From NCBI GenBank assembly GCA_965242865.1, contig CBDETK010000013.1, positions 384,001 to 448,000 of the forward strand: a stretch of 64,000 nucleotides of DNA, given 5' to 3'. The notes beneath the pieces were generated by a model. It had not been told where the DNA came from. It worked only from the letters and a program-made list of their open reading frames with translations, and searched no databases. The position numbers and the translations under genes are program-made. Origin of the DNA: Candidatus Latescibacterota bacterium. Lineage in GTDB: Bacteria > Latescibacterota > UBA2968 > UBA8231. Numbering within the stretch: the first letter of the stretch is position 1; each line of letters starts with the position of its first letter. Positions 18,793 through 27,277 of the stretch are shown piece by piece.

Positions 18793-21018
18793 TTACGGCA
18801 GCTTGGTCGTCTTTTTCGCTTCCACCCGGCCTTCGATTTCGACCCGATAGATGTACACCCCAGCGGCCACGGCCCTACCTTCCTCGTCGCGACCATCCCA
18901 TACCAACCGATGCTGACCCGCCCCCAGCGGCCTGTCCCACACCTGACGCACCCGACGACCTAACACGTCATGTACCGCCAGCGACACTTCCGCCGCGTCC
19001 GTCGCCAAATCAAGGGGAATCACCACCGCCGGATTGAACGGGTTGGGATAGCTGTTGCCGAGCCGGTATTGCGCCGGTTGCGCATCCGCTAGCATCTGCA
19101 CGGCCGTCGCCTGATCCGCGACCAAATTCTCGAGCACATACACCCCGTCGGCCGTATGCCCCTCCTCCGAAAGATGGCTCAACACGACCAAGTCCAGATC
19201 GCCATCGCCGTCCACATCTCCAGCCAGCACTTCGCTGCCATTGCCGACCAACCGATGCCGCTCCACTTCCTTCGCCGGATTAAGGCCCCCGCCCCACTCA
19301 ACGAACACCCCAAAGCCTGACGCCCGGTCGCCGCCGATGAACACCCAATCGTCCGCGCCATCGGCATTCAAGTCGCGCACCACCACCGGCGAGCGCAGCC
19401 ACAGCCGCTCGTCATACAGCACCGCCGATTCGACCCCTCCGCCGACTCCCGGTCGCTGCACCACTAGCCCCTTGACGCCTTCGCTTTGGACCCGTATGAA
19501 CGCCGTGAGCAAGTCCACCTGCCCATCGCCATCAAAATCGCCCACTCGCAAAACAGGGCCTGCCAGATAAACTTCATCAGACTCCGAGTATGATGTATCC
19601 ACCTCAAATTCCACATCGCCTACCTGTAAAACAGGCTTATACGCCTCGAACTCAACCAAATCGCCCCCCTGAAGATCGTTACCCAAACCAGCCACCACCC
19701 GCGGAGCTGCCTGTCCGGCGATGGGTTCCCACAGCACCTCCAGCACCCCATCGCCGGTAAAGTCGCCGATCTGGGAGGCCACATAGTTTTTGGAGACCGC
19801 CACCTCAGAGGACGACCACGCGCCGTTCTCTACATCCCAAACCTCCAACGTGCTGCCCTCAAGCGTCGTCTCTCCGACAAATAACTCAACATCCCCATCG
19901 CCATCCCAATCGGCCAAGTCCCGCAGCCAGCGAGCGGGGATTTCCGCGAGTACCTCGACTTGGAGTTCCGGCCCCACCGACCAAACCGCGGTCGCTAATT
20001 CACTCGTTCTAGAGAGCACGATCTCGTCGTGGCCATCGCCGGTCAAATCGCCGGCCAGCACCGCTAGGAGCACCCCTTCGATCGGCTCATCCGGGCCGGC
20101 CTCCACCGTGCTAACAACCTGCTCGGCGCGCACGGTCTTAAAGGCTCCCCTACCATCATTGAGGGCCATCACCCAGCCCGTTTTGGGGGTTGACTCGCTT
20201 ACTTTATAGTCCCAAACAGCGAACAGGTCTAAGTCGCCGTCTCCCTCCAAGTCCGTCAAGACGCCGACGTGATCTCTATGCGATCTTCCCCCGATGCCCG
20301 GGGTAATCGGATAGAAAACCGGCGGCGCAAAGTGCTTGGCCCCCTCAAAGCGGAAATACTCTACGTAAGGAGGGGCTAGTTCCCCCTGTAAGAGCTCTTC
20401 AACCCCGGTCAACTCGATCCAGTCGATCTCAAACTCTCTAACCACTTCGCTCACGGCCAAGGGAGGCTGAGTTATATCAGGTGCCTGCAAGACAAAACCC
20501 AGCCGAATATCCCGCAGTAGCCCCTCCCACATTTTCTCGCCTTGGCCGACGAGGGCGAACTCCACCTCCTGCCACTCGGTGGTGTAAACGAAGTCCCGTT
20601 GTCCCGGGAGCCTAAACCTGCCTCCGGCATCCCAACTTGGATTTGCCCCTGGATTTGTAAGGTTATACTCGTTCGTCCAAGTCAGCCAAAAAGAGCCTAA
20701 CGTAGGACTGCGATGGACCGTGCGAACCCGGGCTCGGACCCGATCAAAAAGCCCCGAATCGTAGCCTATGGTCGAAGAAACCACTTCGACTTTCGGCGCA
20801 GGATAGGCACTCGCGGGCACGGAGGGCAAGACATCGATCCGCCACACGCCGTCTTCAACCACCCCCGGGAATAAGTAAAACTCACCCGTCCCACCCCACG
20901 CAAGCGCTCTTTTGGCAGCCCACCCTTGCGTCGTCCCATCGTCGAACTCCCACCGAATCGCCGCGGCGGGACCGCTCCACAGCACAATACCGACGACAAC
21001 GGCCAATAGCAGCAGCAT
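18793..21018 (-). CDS. Secreted FG-GAP/VCBS + FlgD-Ig/T9SS-like protein (paralog 6, 'GAKHF' subtype)
   Basis: Same architecture; closest to paralog 3. Confidence 0.9.
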   Translation of the reverse strand: MLLLLAVVVGIVLWSGPAAAIRWEFDDGTTQGWAAKRALAWGGTGEFYLFPGVVEDGVWRIDVLPSVPASAYPAPKVEVVSSTIGYDSGLFDRVRARVRTVHRSPTLGSFWLTWTNEYNLTNPGANPSWDAGGRFRLPGQRDFVYTTEWQEVEFALVGQGEKMWEGLLRDIRLGFVLQAPDITQPPLAVSEVVREFEIDWIELTGVEELLQGELAPPYVEYFRFEGAKHFAPPVFYPITPGIGGRSHRDHVGVLTDLEGDGDLDLFAVWDYKVSESTPKTGWVMALNDGRGAFKTVRAEQVVSTVEAGPDEPIEGVLLAVLAGDLTGDGHDEIVLSRTSELATAVWSVGPELQVEVLAEIPARWLRDLADWDGDGDVELFVGETTLEGSTLEVWDVENGAWSSSEVAVSKNYVASQIGDFTGDGVLEVLWEPIAGQAAPRVVAGLGNDLQGGDLVEFEAYKPVLQVGDVEFEVDTSYSESDEVYLAGPVLRVGDFDGDGQVDLLTAFIRVQSEGVKGLVVQRPGVGGGVESAVLYDERLWLRSPVVVRDLNADGADDWVFIGGDRASGFGVFVEWGGGLNPAKEVERHRLVGNGSEVLAGDVDGDGDLDLVVLSHLSEEGHTADGVYVLENLVADQATAVQMLADAQPAQYRLGNSYPNPFNPAVVIPLDLATDAAEVSLAVHDVLGRRVRQVWDRPLGAGQHRLVWDGRDEEGRAVAAGVYIYRVEIEGRVEAKKTTKLP

Positions 21019-21075
21019 AGCCTAGCTCCTTGCAACAGGTAGAATTCCGGCAGATAGCATCTCTGGGAAGTTGAG

Positions 21076-21117
21076 AAGAGGAGCCCGGCTCAATCGTACG
21101 AGCGAGCCGGGCCTCTT
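21076..21117 (-). terminator. Stem-loop downstream of peptide gene 3
   Basis: Minus strand AAGAGGCCCGGCTC...GAGCCGGGCTCCTCTT. Confidence 0.55.
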
Positions 21118-21164
21118 AGCCTGAGAAATGGCATTGTGGCTAGTTCTCGATAGCTAGTGTTGTC

Positions 21165-21443
21165 TCAGGGGCAGGAGGAAACGCAGTCGCAGATTGTATG
21201 AGTCTTTCTGCAATACGAGTCCCAGTAACTGGTGCATTCCCGGTACGGCGTTCTGGAGTTATAGTCCGCGCAGTCGGCGGAGTAGCCACAAGTGGTCTTG
21301 TCTTTGGGGCAAGCACCGGCTTCCTTGGCCCCGAGCAGGATGGTGATCCCCGTGAGAGCACTGATGACCCAACCGAGGGCCAAACCCTGCCGAGCCGGTG
21401 CCAACCCGCTCGACGACGCGAAAAACTCCCTCAAGTTCTGCAT
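21165..21443 (-). CDS. Secreted 8-Cys peptide precursor 3
   Basis: Same leader; core spacing C-x6-C-x5-C-x11-C-x7-C-x6-C-x-C-x3-C. Confidence 0.88.
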   Translation of the reverse strand: MQNLREFFASSSGLAPARQGLALGWVISALTGITILLGAKEAGACPKDKTTCGYSADCADYNSRTPYRECTSYWDSYCRKTHTICDCVSSCP

Positions 21444-21582
21444 GATTCTCGTCTCCTACGTTGCCCAGTACGCCAGCGGCCCGATACCGCGATGGCACTG
21501 GAAGTGAGGGTTGAAAGACAGCCGATACGAGTTCGCGTCCCCTCCTTTCTTTTTAATCGGCCTTGCTTCTACGGATTATATA

Positions 21583-21599
21583 AGCAAATTGCGTGCCAA
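21583..21599 (-). promoter_or_regulatory. Sigma-54 promoter, copy 3
   Basis: TTGGCACGCAATTTGCT. Confidence 0.88.
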
Positions 21600-21716
21600 A
21601 AAGCAGGGCATGCACAAAAAAATCCTTTAGAATTGCCCTAAAGAATTGAAAATATGAGACTTAAAATAATGGAGGAGGCTTCTTATGAGCGGCAGCCTCA
21701 GCCCGTGGCGCAAGGC

Positions 21717-21795
21717 TTTACACGATTTTCCGTGGATTCTACACGATTTTCCGTGGACTGTACACGATTTTCCGTGGATTCTACGCGACTTTCCC
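21717..21795. repeat. 21-bp tandem repeat array (putative UAS), copy 3
   Basis: Same sequence as copy 2. Confidence 0.8.
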
Positions 21796-21897
21796 TTTGG
21801 GCTGTCGCGCCGCCAAGATAGGTGCTCGATGGCTGGAGTACGTAAGTACGCGGCACCTACTTTGATTCCGCCTTTTCTGGTATTCCCACCGCGTCTG

Positions 21898-21949
21898 GGA
21901 TCGAGGGCGTCCCGCCCTTGACGTGACGAGGGCAAGACGCCCTCGATCC
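21898..21949. repeat. REP-like inverted repeat (duplicate)
   Basis: Identical to 14214-14265. Confidence 0.65.
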
Positions 21950-22096
21950 TTAGGAAGGTGGGGGCTGATGTCGTGTAGTAAGGACCGGAAGTAATTCAGT
22001 ATCAGTATAATGGACGGTTAGATGGATGGTTAGGCTGTCTCATGCCGTTTCATCCTCGTTCGCGTCAAATAGCTCATAGCTCAAAAGACGGGCCGT

Positions 22097-24250
22097 TTAC
22101 GGCAGCTTGGTCGTCTTTTTCGCTTCCACCCGGCCTTCGATTTCGACGCGATAGATATACACCCCAGCGGCCACGTCTTTACCCGCCTCGTCGCGCCCAT
22201 CCCATACCAACCGATGGCTGCCCGCCCCCAGCGGCCCCTCCCACACCTGCCGCACCCGCCGACCCAACACGTCATGTACCCGTAGCGACACCGCCATCGC
22301 GTCCGTCGCCAAATCAAGGGGAATCACCACCGCCGGATTGAACGGGTTGGGATAGCTGTCGCCCAGCCGGTACTGCGCCGGCCGCGCATCCAGCGGCGTC
22401 AGCACAGCTGTCGCGGTCGAGGCCAGCGAACTCTTGAGAACATGCACACCGCCCAAGATCGGATCCAATACCACCAAATCCTCATCGCCGTCGCCATCCA
22501 TATCCCCGGACAGCACGTGGGTCGCACTGCCCGTCAGCCGGTGACGCTCCCCGTCTTGGGTCGGCTTGACACTCCCGCCCCACTCGACAAACACCCCAAA
22601 CCCCGACGCACGGTTGCCGCCGATAAACACCCAGTCGTCGATCCCATCGGCGTTGAGATCGCGCATCAGCACCGACGAGCGCAGAAACAGCCGATCATCA
22701 TACAGCACCGCCGATTCTACGCCGCCACCGGCGCTCCTGCTCTGCAAGGCCAAGCCCTTGAGACCTTCAATTTGATCCCTTATGAACCTCGTGAGTAAAT
22801 CCACCTGCCCATCGCCATCAAAATCGCCCACCTCTAACAGATCCTTCCACAACAGCCGGTTCCCTTCGTCGAATTCAAAGGACTCGCCAGTCTGCAACTC
22901 GTCGTCCAAAGGTCCCACAATCCACGTGTGCGACCGCCCGGCGATTGGTCCCCACAACGCATTGAGAACCCCATCGCCGGTAAAGTCGCCAATCCGACTA
23001 ACCACATGACGTTCGGCCACGGCCACCTCCTCGGCGGTCCACCCGCCCTGTTCGACCTCCCAGACCGCTAAAATGCTCCCTTCCAACGAAGACGATCCGA
23101 CAAATAATTCGGCCTTGCCATCGCCGTCCCAATCCGCCACATCCCCAAGCCAGCGATCCTCGATCTGCACGAGCACCTCGACTTGGAGGTCCGCCCCGAT
23201 AGACCACACTTCTACTACCTGCCCAGCATTGCTTACATACAGCGCGATTTCGTCTCGACCATCGCCGGTCAAGTCCGCACCCAGCATCTCTAAGGCGACC
23301 AAGGAGGCGGTCGTCCTGCCCGTTGCCGCATCGGTACTCGACTGCCCTGTGGCCGCTACTTCCTCTATGCGCTTGAGTTCCAAGACCCCGTATCCATCGT
23401 TGAGGGCCATCAGCCAGCCCACTTTATCCCCCGGCTGATTCTTTTGCTTTTGCCGAGCTTCCCAGACAGCAGACAGGTCTAAGTCGCCATCGCCATCCAA
23501 GTCCGTCAAGACGCCGCTGTGATCTCTATAAGACCTTCCCCCGATGCCCGGGGCAATCGGATAGAACACCGGCGGCGCAAAAAGCCCAACTCCATCCAAG
23601 CTAAGGAACTCTACGGGCGGCGGCGGCCGTTCTCCTTGTAATAGCTCTTCCACGCCGGTCAACTCGATCCAGTCGATCTCAAACCACCCAATCACCGCGT
23701 CTTGATCCTCGATGTCCAAGTTAAAACTGAGCTGAATATCTTTTAACAGGCCCTCCCATATCGTCTCGTCTGAACCCGCCAAGAAAAGCTCCACTTCCTG
23801 CCACTCGGTGGTATAGACTACCTCTTGGGGGAAGAAGAGCTTAAACCGGCTTCCAGACGGTGGCTCGGCTGGGTCCCAACCGGACGACAGGGCGTTGTGC
23901 TCGTTGGTCCACTCCATTGAAAACGTACCGATCGTCGGGCGGTCATGGACGGTGCGGAACCGGATGCGGACCCGGTCAAACAGGCTCGAATCGTACCCGA
24001 TAGTCGAAGAAATCACTTCGACACTCTGGCCAGAATAATTGCCTTTGACGACCGCGGGATCGACCGCGATCCGCCACACGCCGCCTTCAACCACCCCGGG
24101 AAACTGGTTAAATTCATACCAACTACCCCATACACCAGCTTCTTTGGCGGACCACCCTTGCGTCGTCCCATCGTCGAACTCCCACCGAATCGCCGCGGCG
24201 GGACCGTTCCATAGCGCAATACCGACGACAACGGCGAATAGCAGCAGCAT
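22097..24250 (-). CDS. Secreted FG-GAP/VCBS + FlgD-Ig/T9SS-like protein (paralog 7, mosaic)
   Basis: Same architecture. Confidence 0.9.
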   Translation of the reverse strand: MLLLFAVVVGIALWNGPAAAIRWEFDDGTTQGWSAKEAGVWGSWYEFNQFPGVVEGGVWRIAVDPAVVKGNYSGQSVEVISSTIGYDSSLFDRVRIRFRTVHDRPTIGTFSMEWTNEHNALSSGWDPAEPPSGSRFKLFFPQEVVYTTEWQEVELFLAGSDETIWEGLLKDIQLSFNLDIEDQDAVIGWFEIDWIELTGVEELLQGERPPPPVEFLSLDGVGLFAPPVFYPIAPGIGGRSYRDHSGVLTDLDGDGDLDLSAVWEARQKQKNQPGDKVGWLMALNDGYGVLELKRIEEVAATGQSSTDAATGRTTASLVALEMLGADLTGDGRDEIALYVSNAGQVVEVWSIGADLQVEVLVQIEDRWLGDVADWDGDGKAELFVGSSSLEGSILAVWEVEQGGWTAEEVAVAERHVVSRIGDFTGDGVLNALWGPIAGRSHTWIVGPLDDELQTGESFEFDEGNRLLWKDLLEVGDFDGDGQVDLLTRFIRDQIEGLKGLALQSRSAGGGVESAVLYDDRLFLRSSVLMRDLNADGIDDWVFIGGNRASGFGVFVEWGGSVKPTQDGERHRLTGSATHVLSGDMDGDGDEDLVVLDPILGGVHVLKSSLASTATAVLTPLDARPAQYRLGDSYPNPFNPAVVIPLDLATDAMAVSLRVHDVLGRRVRQVWEGPLGAGSHRLVWDGRDEAGKDVAAGVYIYRVEIEGRVEAKKTTKLP

Positions 24251-24288
24251 AGCCTATCTCCTTGCAATAGGCGAAAAAGAAGGTCCGC

Positions 24289-26433
24289 TTACGGCAGCTT
24301 GGTCGTCTTTTTCGCTTCCACCTGTCCGTCCATCTCGACGCGATAGATATACACGCCCGCGGCCACCGCCTTACCTGCCTCGTCGCGACCATCCCATACA
24401 AACCGATGGCTACCCGCCCTCAGCGGCCCCTCCCACACCTGCCGCACCCGACGACCCAACACGTCATGCACTCGCAACGACACCACCGCGTCCGTCGCCA
24501 AATCGAGGGGAATCACCACCGCCGGATTGAACGGGTTGGGATAGCTGTCGCCCAGCCGGTATTGCACCGGGTGCGCATCCGCTGGCGTCTGCACGACCGT
24601 CGCGGTCGAAGCCAGCGAACTCTTGAGGACATGCACACCGCCCAAGATCGGATCCAATACCACCAAATCCTCATCGCCATCGCCATCCATATCCCCAGAC
24701 AGCACGTGGGTCGCACTGCCCGTCAGCCGATGCCGCTCCCCTTCTTCGGTCGGCTTGACACTCCCGCCCCATTCGACGAACACCCCAAACCCCGAAGCGC
24801 GGTCTCCGCCGATAAACACCCAGTCGTCGATCCCATCGGCGTTGAGATCGCGCATCAGCACCGGCGAGCGTCGAAACAGCCGATCATCATACAACACCGC
24901 TTCTGCGCCGCCAGTACTCTGGCTCCGCCAGACGAGCCCCTTGCTCCCTTCAAATTCATCGCGTGTGAGCTCGGTGAGTACATCCACCTGTCCATCGCCA
25001 TCAAAATCGCCCACCCCTAACAGCGGCTTCCAGGCCTCATTGCCGACCCCTAACAGCGGCTTCCAAGCCTCGAATTCAAAGATCTCGTTTCGCTGAAACT
25101 CGTCGCCCAAGGCTTCCACACTCCACGTGTTCGCCTGCCCGATCTTCGGTATCCACACCACGTCGAGCACCCCATCGCCGGTAACGTCGCCAACCCGATG
25201 GGACACATGGTGTTGAGCCGAGGCCACCTCCTCGGCCGTCCACACACCTTGTTCCACATCCCAGACCTCTAACGCGGTGCGCCCCTTGACGAATAATTCG
25301 GCCTGACCATCGCCATCCCAATCCGCGGCATCCGTGATCCATCGATCTGCGATCTGCACGAGCACCTTGACTTGGAGGTCCGCCCCGATAGACCACACTT
25401 CGATTACCCTGCCCTCCCCGTCGCTTGCATACAGCGCGATTTCGTCGCGACCATTGCCGGTCAAGTCCGCACCAAGCACCCCTAAGGACACCCCGTAGAT
25501 GGTTATACTTCCGGTTGCCGCGTCGGTACTCGTCCCCCCTGCGGTCGCTACTTCCTCTACGCGCCCCCGTTCCAAGGCCCCGTGCCCGTCATTGAGAGCC
25601 ATCAGCCAGCCCACTTTAGCCCCCATCTTCCCCTTCCCACTTTGACGATACTCCCAGATGGCGAACAGATCTAAATCGCCATCGCCCTCCAAGTCCGTCA
25701 AGATACCCTCCTGCGCTCCTGCAAAGCCGTAGCCGGTCCCAATGCCCGGTGCAATCGGATAGAATATCGGCGGCGCAAAAAGCCCCGCCGCATCCCAGCG
25801 AAGGTACTCTACGGGGGGCGGTGACCGTTCCCCCTGTAGCAACTCTTCCACGCCGGTCAACTCGATCCAATCGATCTCAAACCACTCAACCACATCGGAC
25901 GCCGATTCAACTTCCGAACGATCGAGTGAAAAACTGAGCCGAATATCTTTTAACAGGCCCTCCCATCTCTTCTCGTCGCGACCTGCCAAGACAAGCACCT
26001 CTTCCTGCCACTCGGTGGTATAGACTATATCTTGGGCGAAAATTGTAAACGCGAAATCCCGACCTGACGGCAGGGCGTTGTGCTCACTGGTCCAAGCGAC
26101 CGAAAAATTACCGATTGTAGGGCGGTGATGGACGGTGCGGCAGCGGATGCGAACGTGGTCAAACAGACCCGAATCGTATCCGATGGTCGGCGAAATCAAT
26201 TCGACTGCCGGCTCGGAGTAGAACCCCTTGGTGACGGCCGGATCGACCGCGATCCGCCACACGCTGTCTTCAACCATCCCCGGAAACTGGTGAAATTCAC
26301 GCGAACCACCCCATATAGCAGCTTCTTTGGCAGACCACCCTTGCGTCGTCCCATCGTCGAACTCCCACTTGATCGCCGTGGCGGGATCGTCCCACAGCAC
26401 CACAGCGACGACAACGGCGAATAGCAACATCAT
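24289..26433 (-). CDS. Secreted FG-GAP/VCBS + FlgD-Ig/T9SS-like protein (paralog 8)
   Basis: Same architecture; shares the EAWKPLLGVG duplication with paralog 5. Confidence 0.9.
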   Translation of the reverse strand: MMLLFAVVVAVVLWDDPATAIKWEFDDGTTQGWSAKEAAIWGGSREFHQFPGMVEDSVWRIAVDPAVTKGFYSEPAVELISPTIGYDSGLFDHVRIRCRTVHHRPTIGNFSVAWTSEHNALPSGRDFAFTIFAQDIVYTTEWQEEVLVLAGRDEKRWEGLLKDIRLSFSLDRSEVESASDVVEWFEIDWIELTGVEELLQGERSPPPVEYLRWDAAGLFAPPIFYPIAPGIGTGYGFAGAQEGILTDLEGDGDLDLFAIWEYRQSGKGKMGAKVGWLMALNDGHGALERGRVEEVATAGGTSTDAATGSITIYGVSLGVLGADLTGNGRDEIALYASDGEGRVIEVWSIGADLQVKVLVQIADRWITDAADWDGDGQAELFVKGRTALEVWDVEQGVWTAEEVASAQHHVSHRVGDVTGDGVLDVVWIPKIGQANTWSVEALGDEFQRNEIFEFEAWKPLLGVGNEAWKPLLGVGDFDGDGQVDVLTELTRDEFEGSKGLVWRSQSTGGAEAVLYDDRLFRRSPVLMRDLNADGIDDWVFIGGDRASGFGVFVEWGGSVKPTEEGERHRLTGSATHVLSGDMDGDGDEDLVVLDPILGGVHVLKSSLASTATVVQTPADAHPVQYRLGDSYPNPFNPAVVIPLDLATDAVVSLRVHDVLGRRVRQVWEGPLRAGSHRFVWDGRDEAGKAVAAGVYIYRVEMDGQVEAKKTTKLP

Positions 26434-26501
26434 AGCCTAGCTCCTTTGCAATAATGCAGCACCGGCAGATAGCGTCTTCGGAACGTTGAGAAGCGAGGCG
26501 G

Positions 26502-26534
26502 GAGCTGGCTCAATCGCGACGATTAAGCCAGCTC
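26502..26534 (-). terminator. Stem-loop downstream of peptide gene 4
   Basis: Minus strand GAGCTGGCTTAATCG-tcg-CGATTGAGCCAGCTC, 15-bp stem. Confidence 0.55.
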
Positions 26535-26595
26535 ACTGCACACCTTAGCCTACCTCAGTAACACCCCTACAGCTTTGGTCAGTAGCTGTAGGGGT

Positions 26596-26877
26596 TTAAG
26601 CCGCGCAGTAACAAGGGTATCTCCTAAAGCTGCAGTCAGGGTACTCTCGAACTGGGCAGCAACTGAACGGCTTGTTCGCGTCTTTAGACGCGCAATAAGC
26701 ACTGTACTCGCAGTCTTCATAAGTGCGGTCACTGCACTCGTCGCCTGCCTCGCCTTCCTTGGCCCCGAGCAGGACGGTGATCCCCGTGAGGACGCTGATG
26801 ACCCAGCCCAGTGCCAAACCCTGCCGAGCCGGCACCAACCCGCTCGACGACGCGAAAAACTCCCGCAAGTTCTGCAT
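26596..26877 (-). CDS. Secreted 8-Cys peptide precursor 4
   Basis: Same leader; core spacing C-x7-C-x5-C-x10-CC-x7-C-x6-C-x-C. Confidence 0.88.
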   Translation of the reverse strand: MQNLREFFASSSGLVPARQGLALGWVISVLTGITVLLGAKEGEAGDECSDRTYEDCEYSAYCASKDANKPFSCCPVREYPDCSFRRYPCYCAA

Positions 26878-27016
26878 GATTCTCGTCTCCTACGTTGCCC
26901 AGTACGCCAGCGGCTCGATACCGCTACGGCACTGGAAGTGAGGGTTGAAAGACAGCCGATACGAGTTCGCATCCCCTCCTTTCTTTGCAATCGGCCTTGC
27001 TTCTACGGATTATATG

Positions 27017-27033
27017 AGCAAATTGCGTGCCAA
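27017..27033 (-). promoter_or_regulatory. Sigma-54 promoter, copy 4
   Basis: TTGGCACGCAATTTGCT. Confidence 0.88.
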
Positions 27034-27151
27034 AAAGCAGGGCATGCACAAAAAAATCCTTTAGGATTGCCCTAAAGGATTGAAAAATATGAGACTTAAA
27101 ATAATAGACGCGGCTTCTTACGAGCGGCGGCGTCAGCCCGTGGCGCACGGC

Positions 27152-27230
27152 TTTACACGATTTTCCGTGGATTATACACGACTTTCCGTGGACTGTACAC
27201 GATTTTCCGTGGGTTCTACGCGACTTTCCC
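27152..27230. repeat. 21-bp tandem repeat array (putative UAS), copy 4
   Basis: TACACGA(T/C)TTTCCGTGG x3 plus a degenerate fourth. Confidence 0.8.
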
Positions 27231-27277
27231 CTTGGGCTGTCGCGCCGCCAAGATAGGTGATCAAGGGCTGGAGTACG

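Noticed and set aside
5648-26877. Peptides as classical RiPP precursors (lanthipeptide, ranthipeptide, double-Gly bacteriocin)
   Set aside because: No radical SAM, LanM/LanBC, YcaO or C39 transporter in the window; the leader looks like a Sec signal ending A-x-A. Enzymes encoded beyond the left edge cannot be excluded.
5648-26877. Amine dehydrogenase light chain / heavy chain pairs (Cys-rich small subunit + propeller)
   Set aside because: The cores are too short, lack a conserved Trp pair for TTQ, and no MauG-like gene is present
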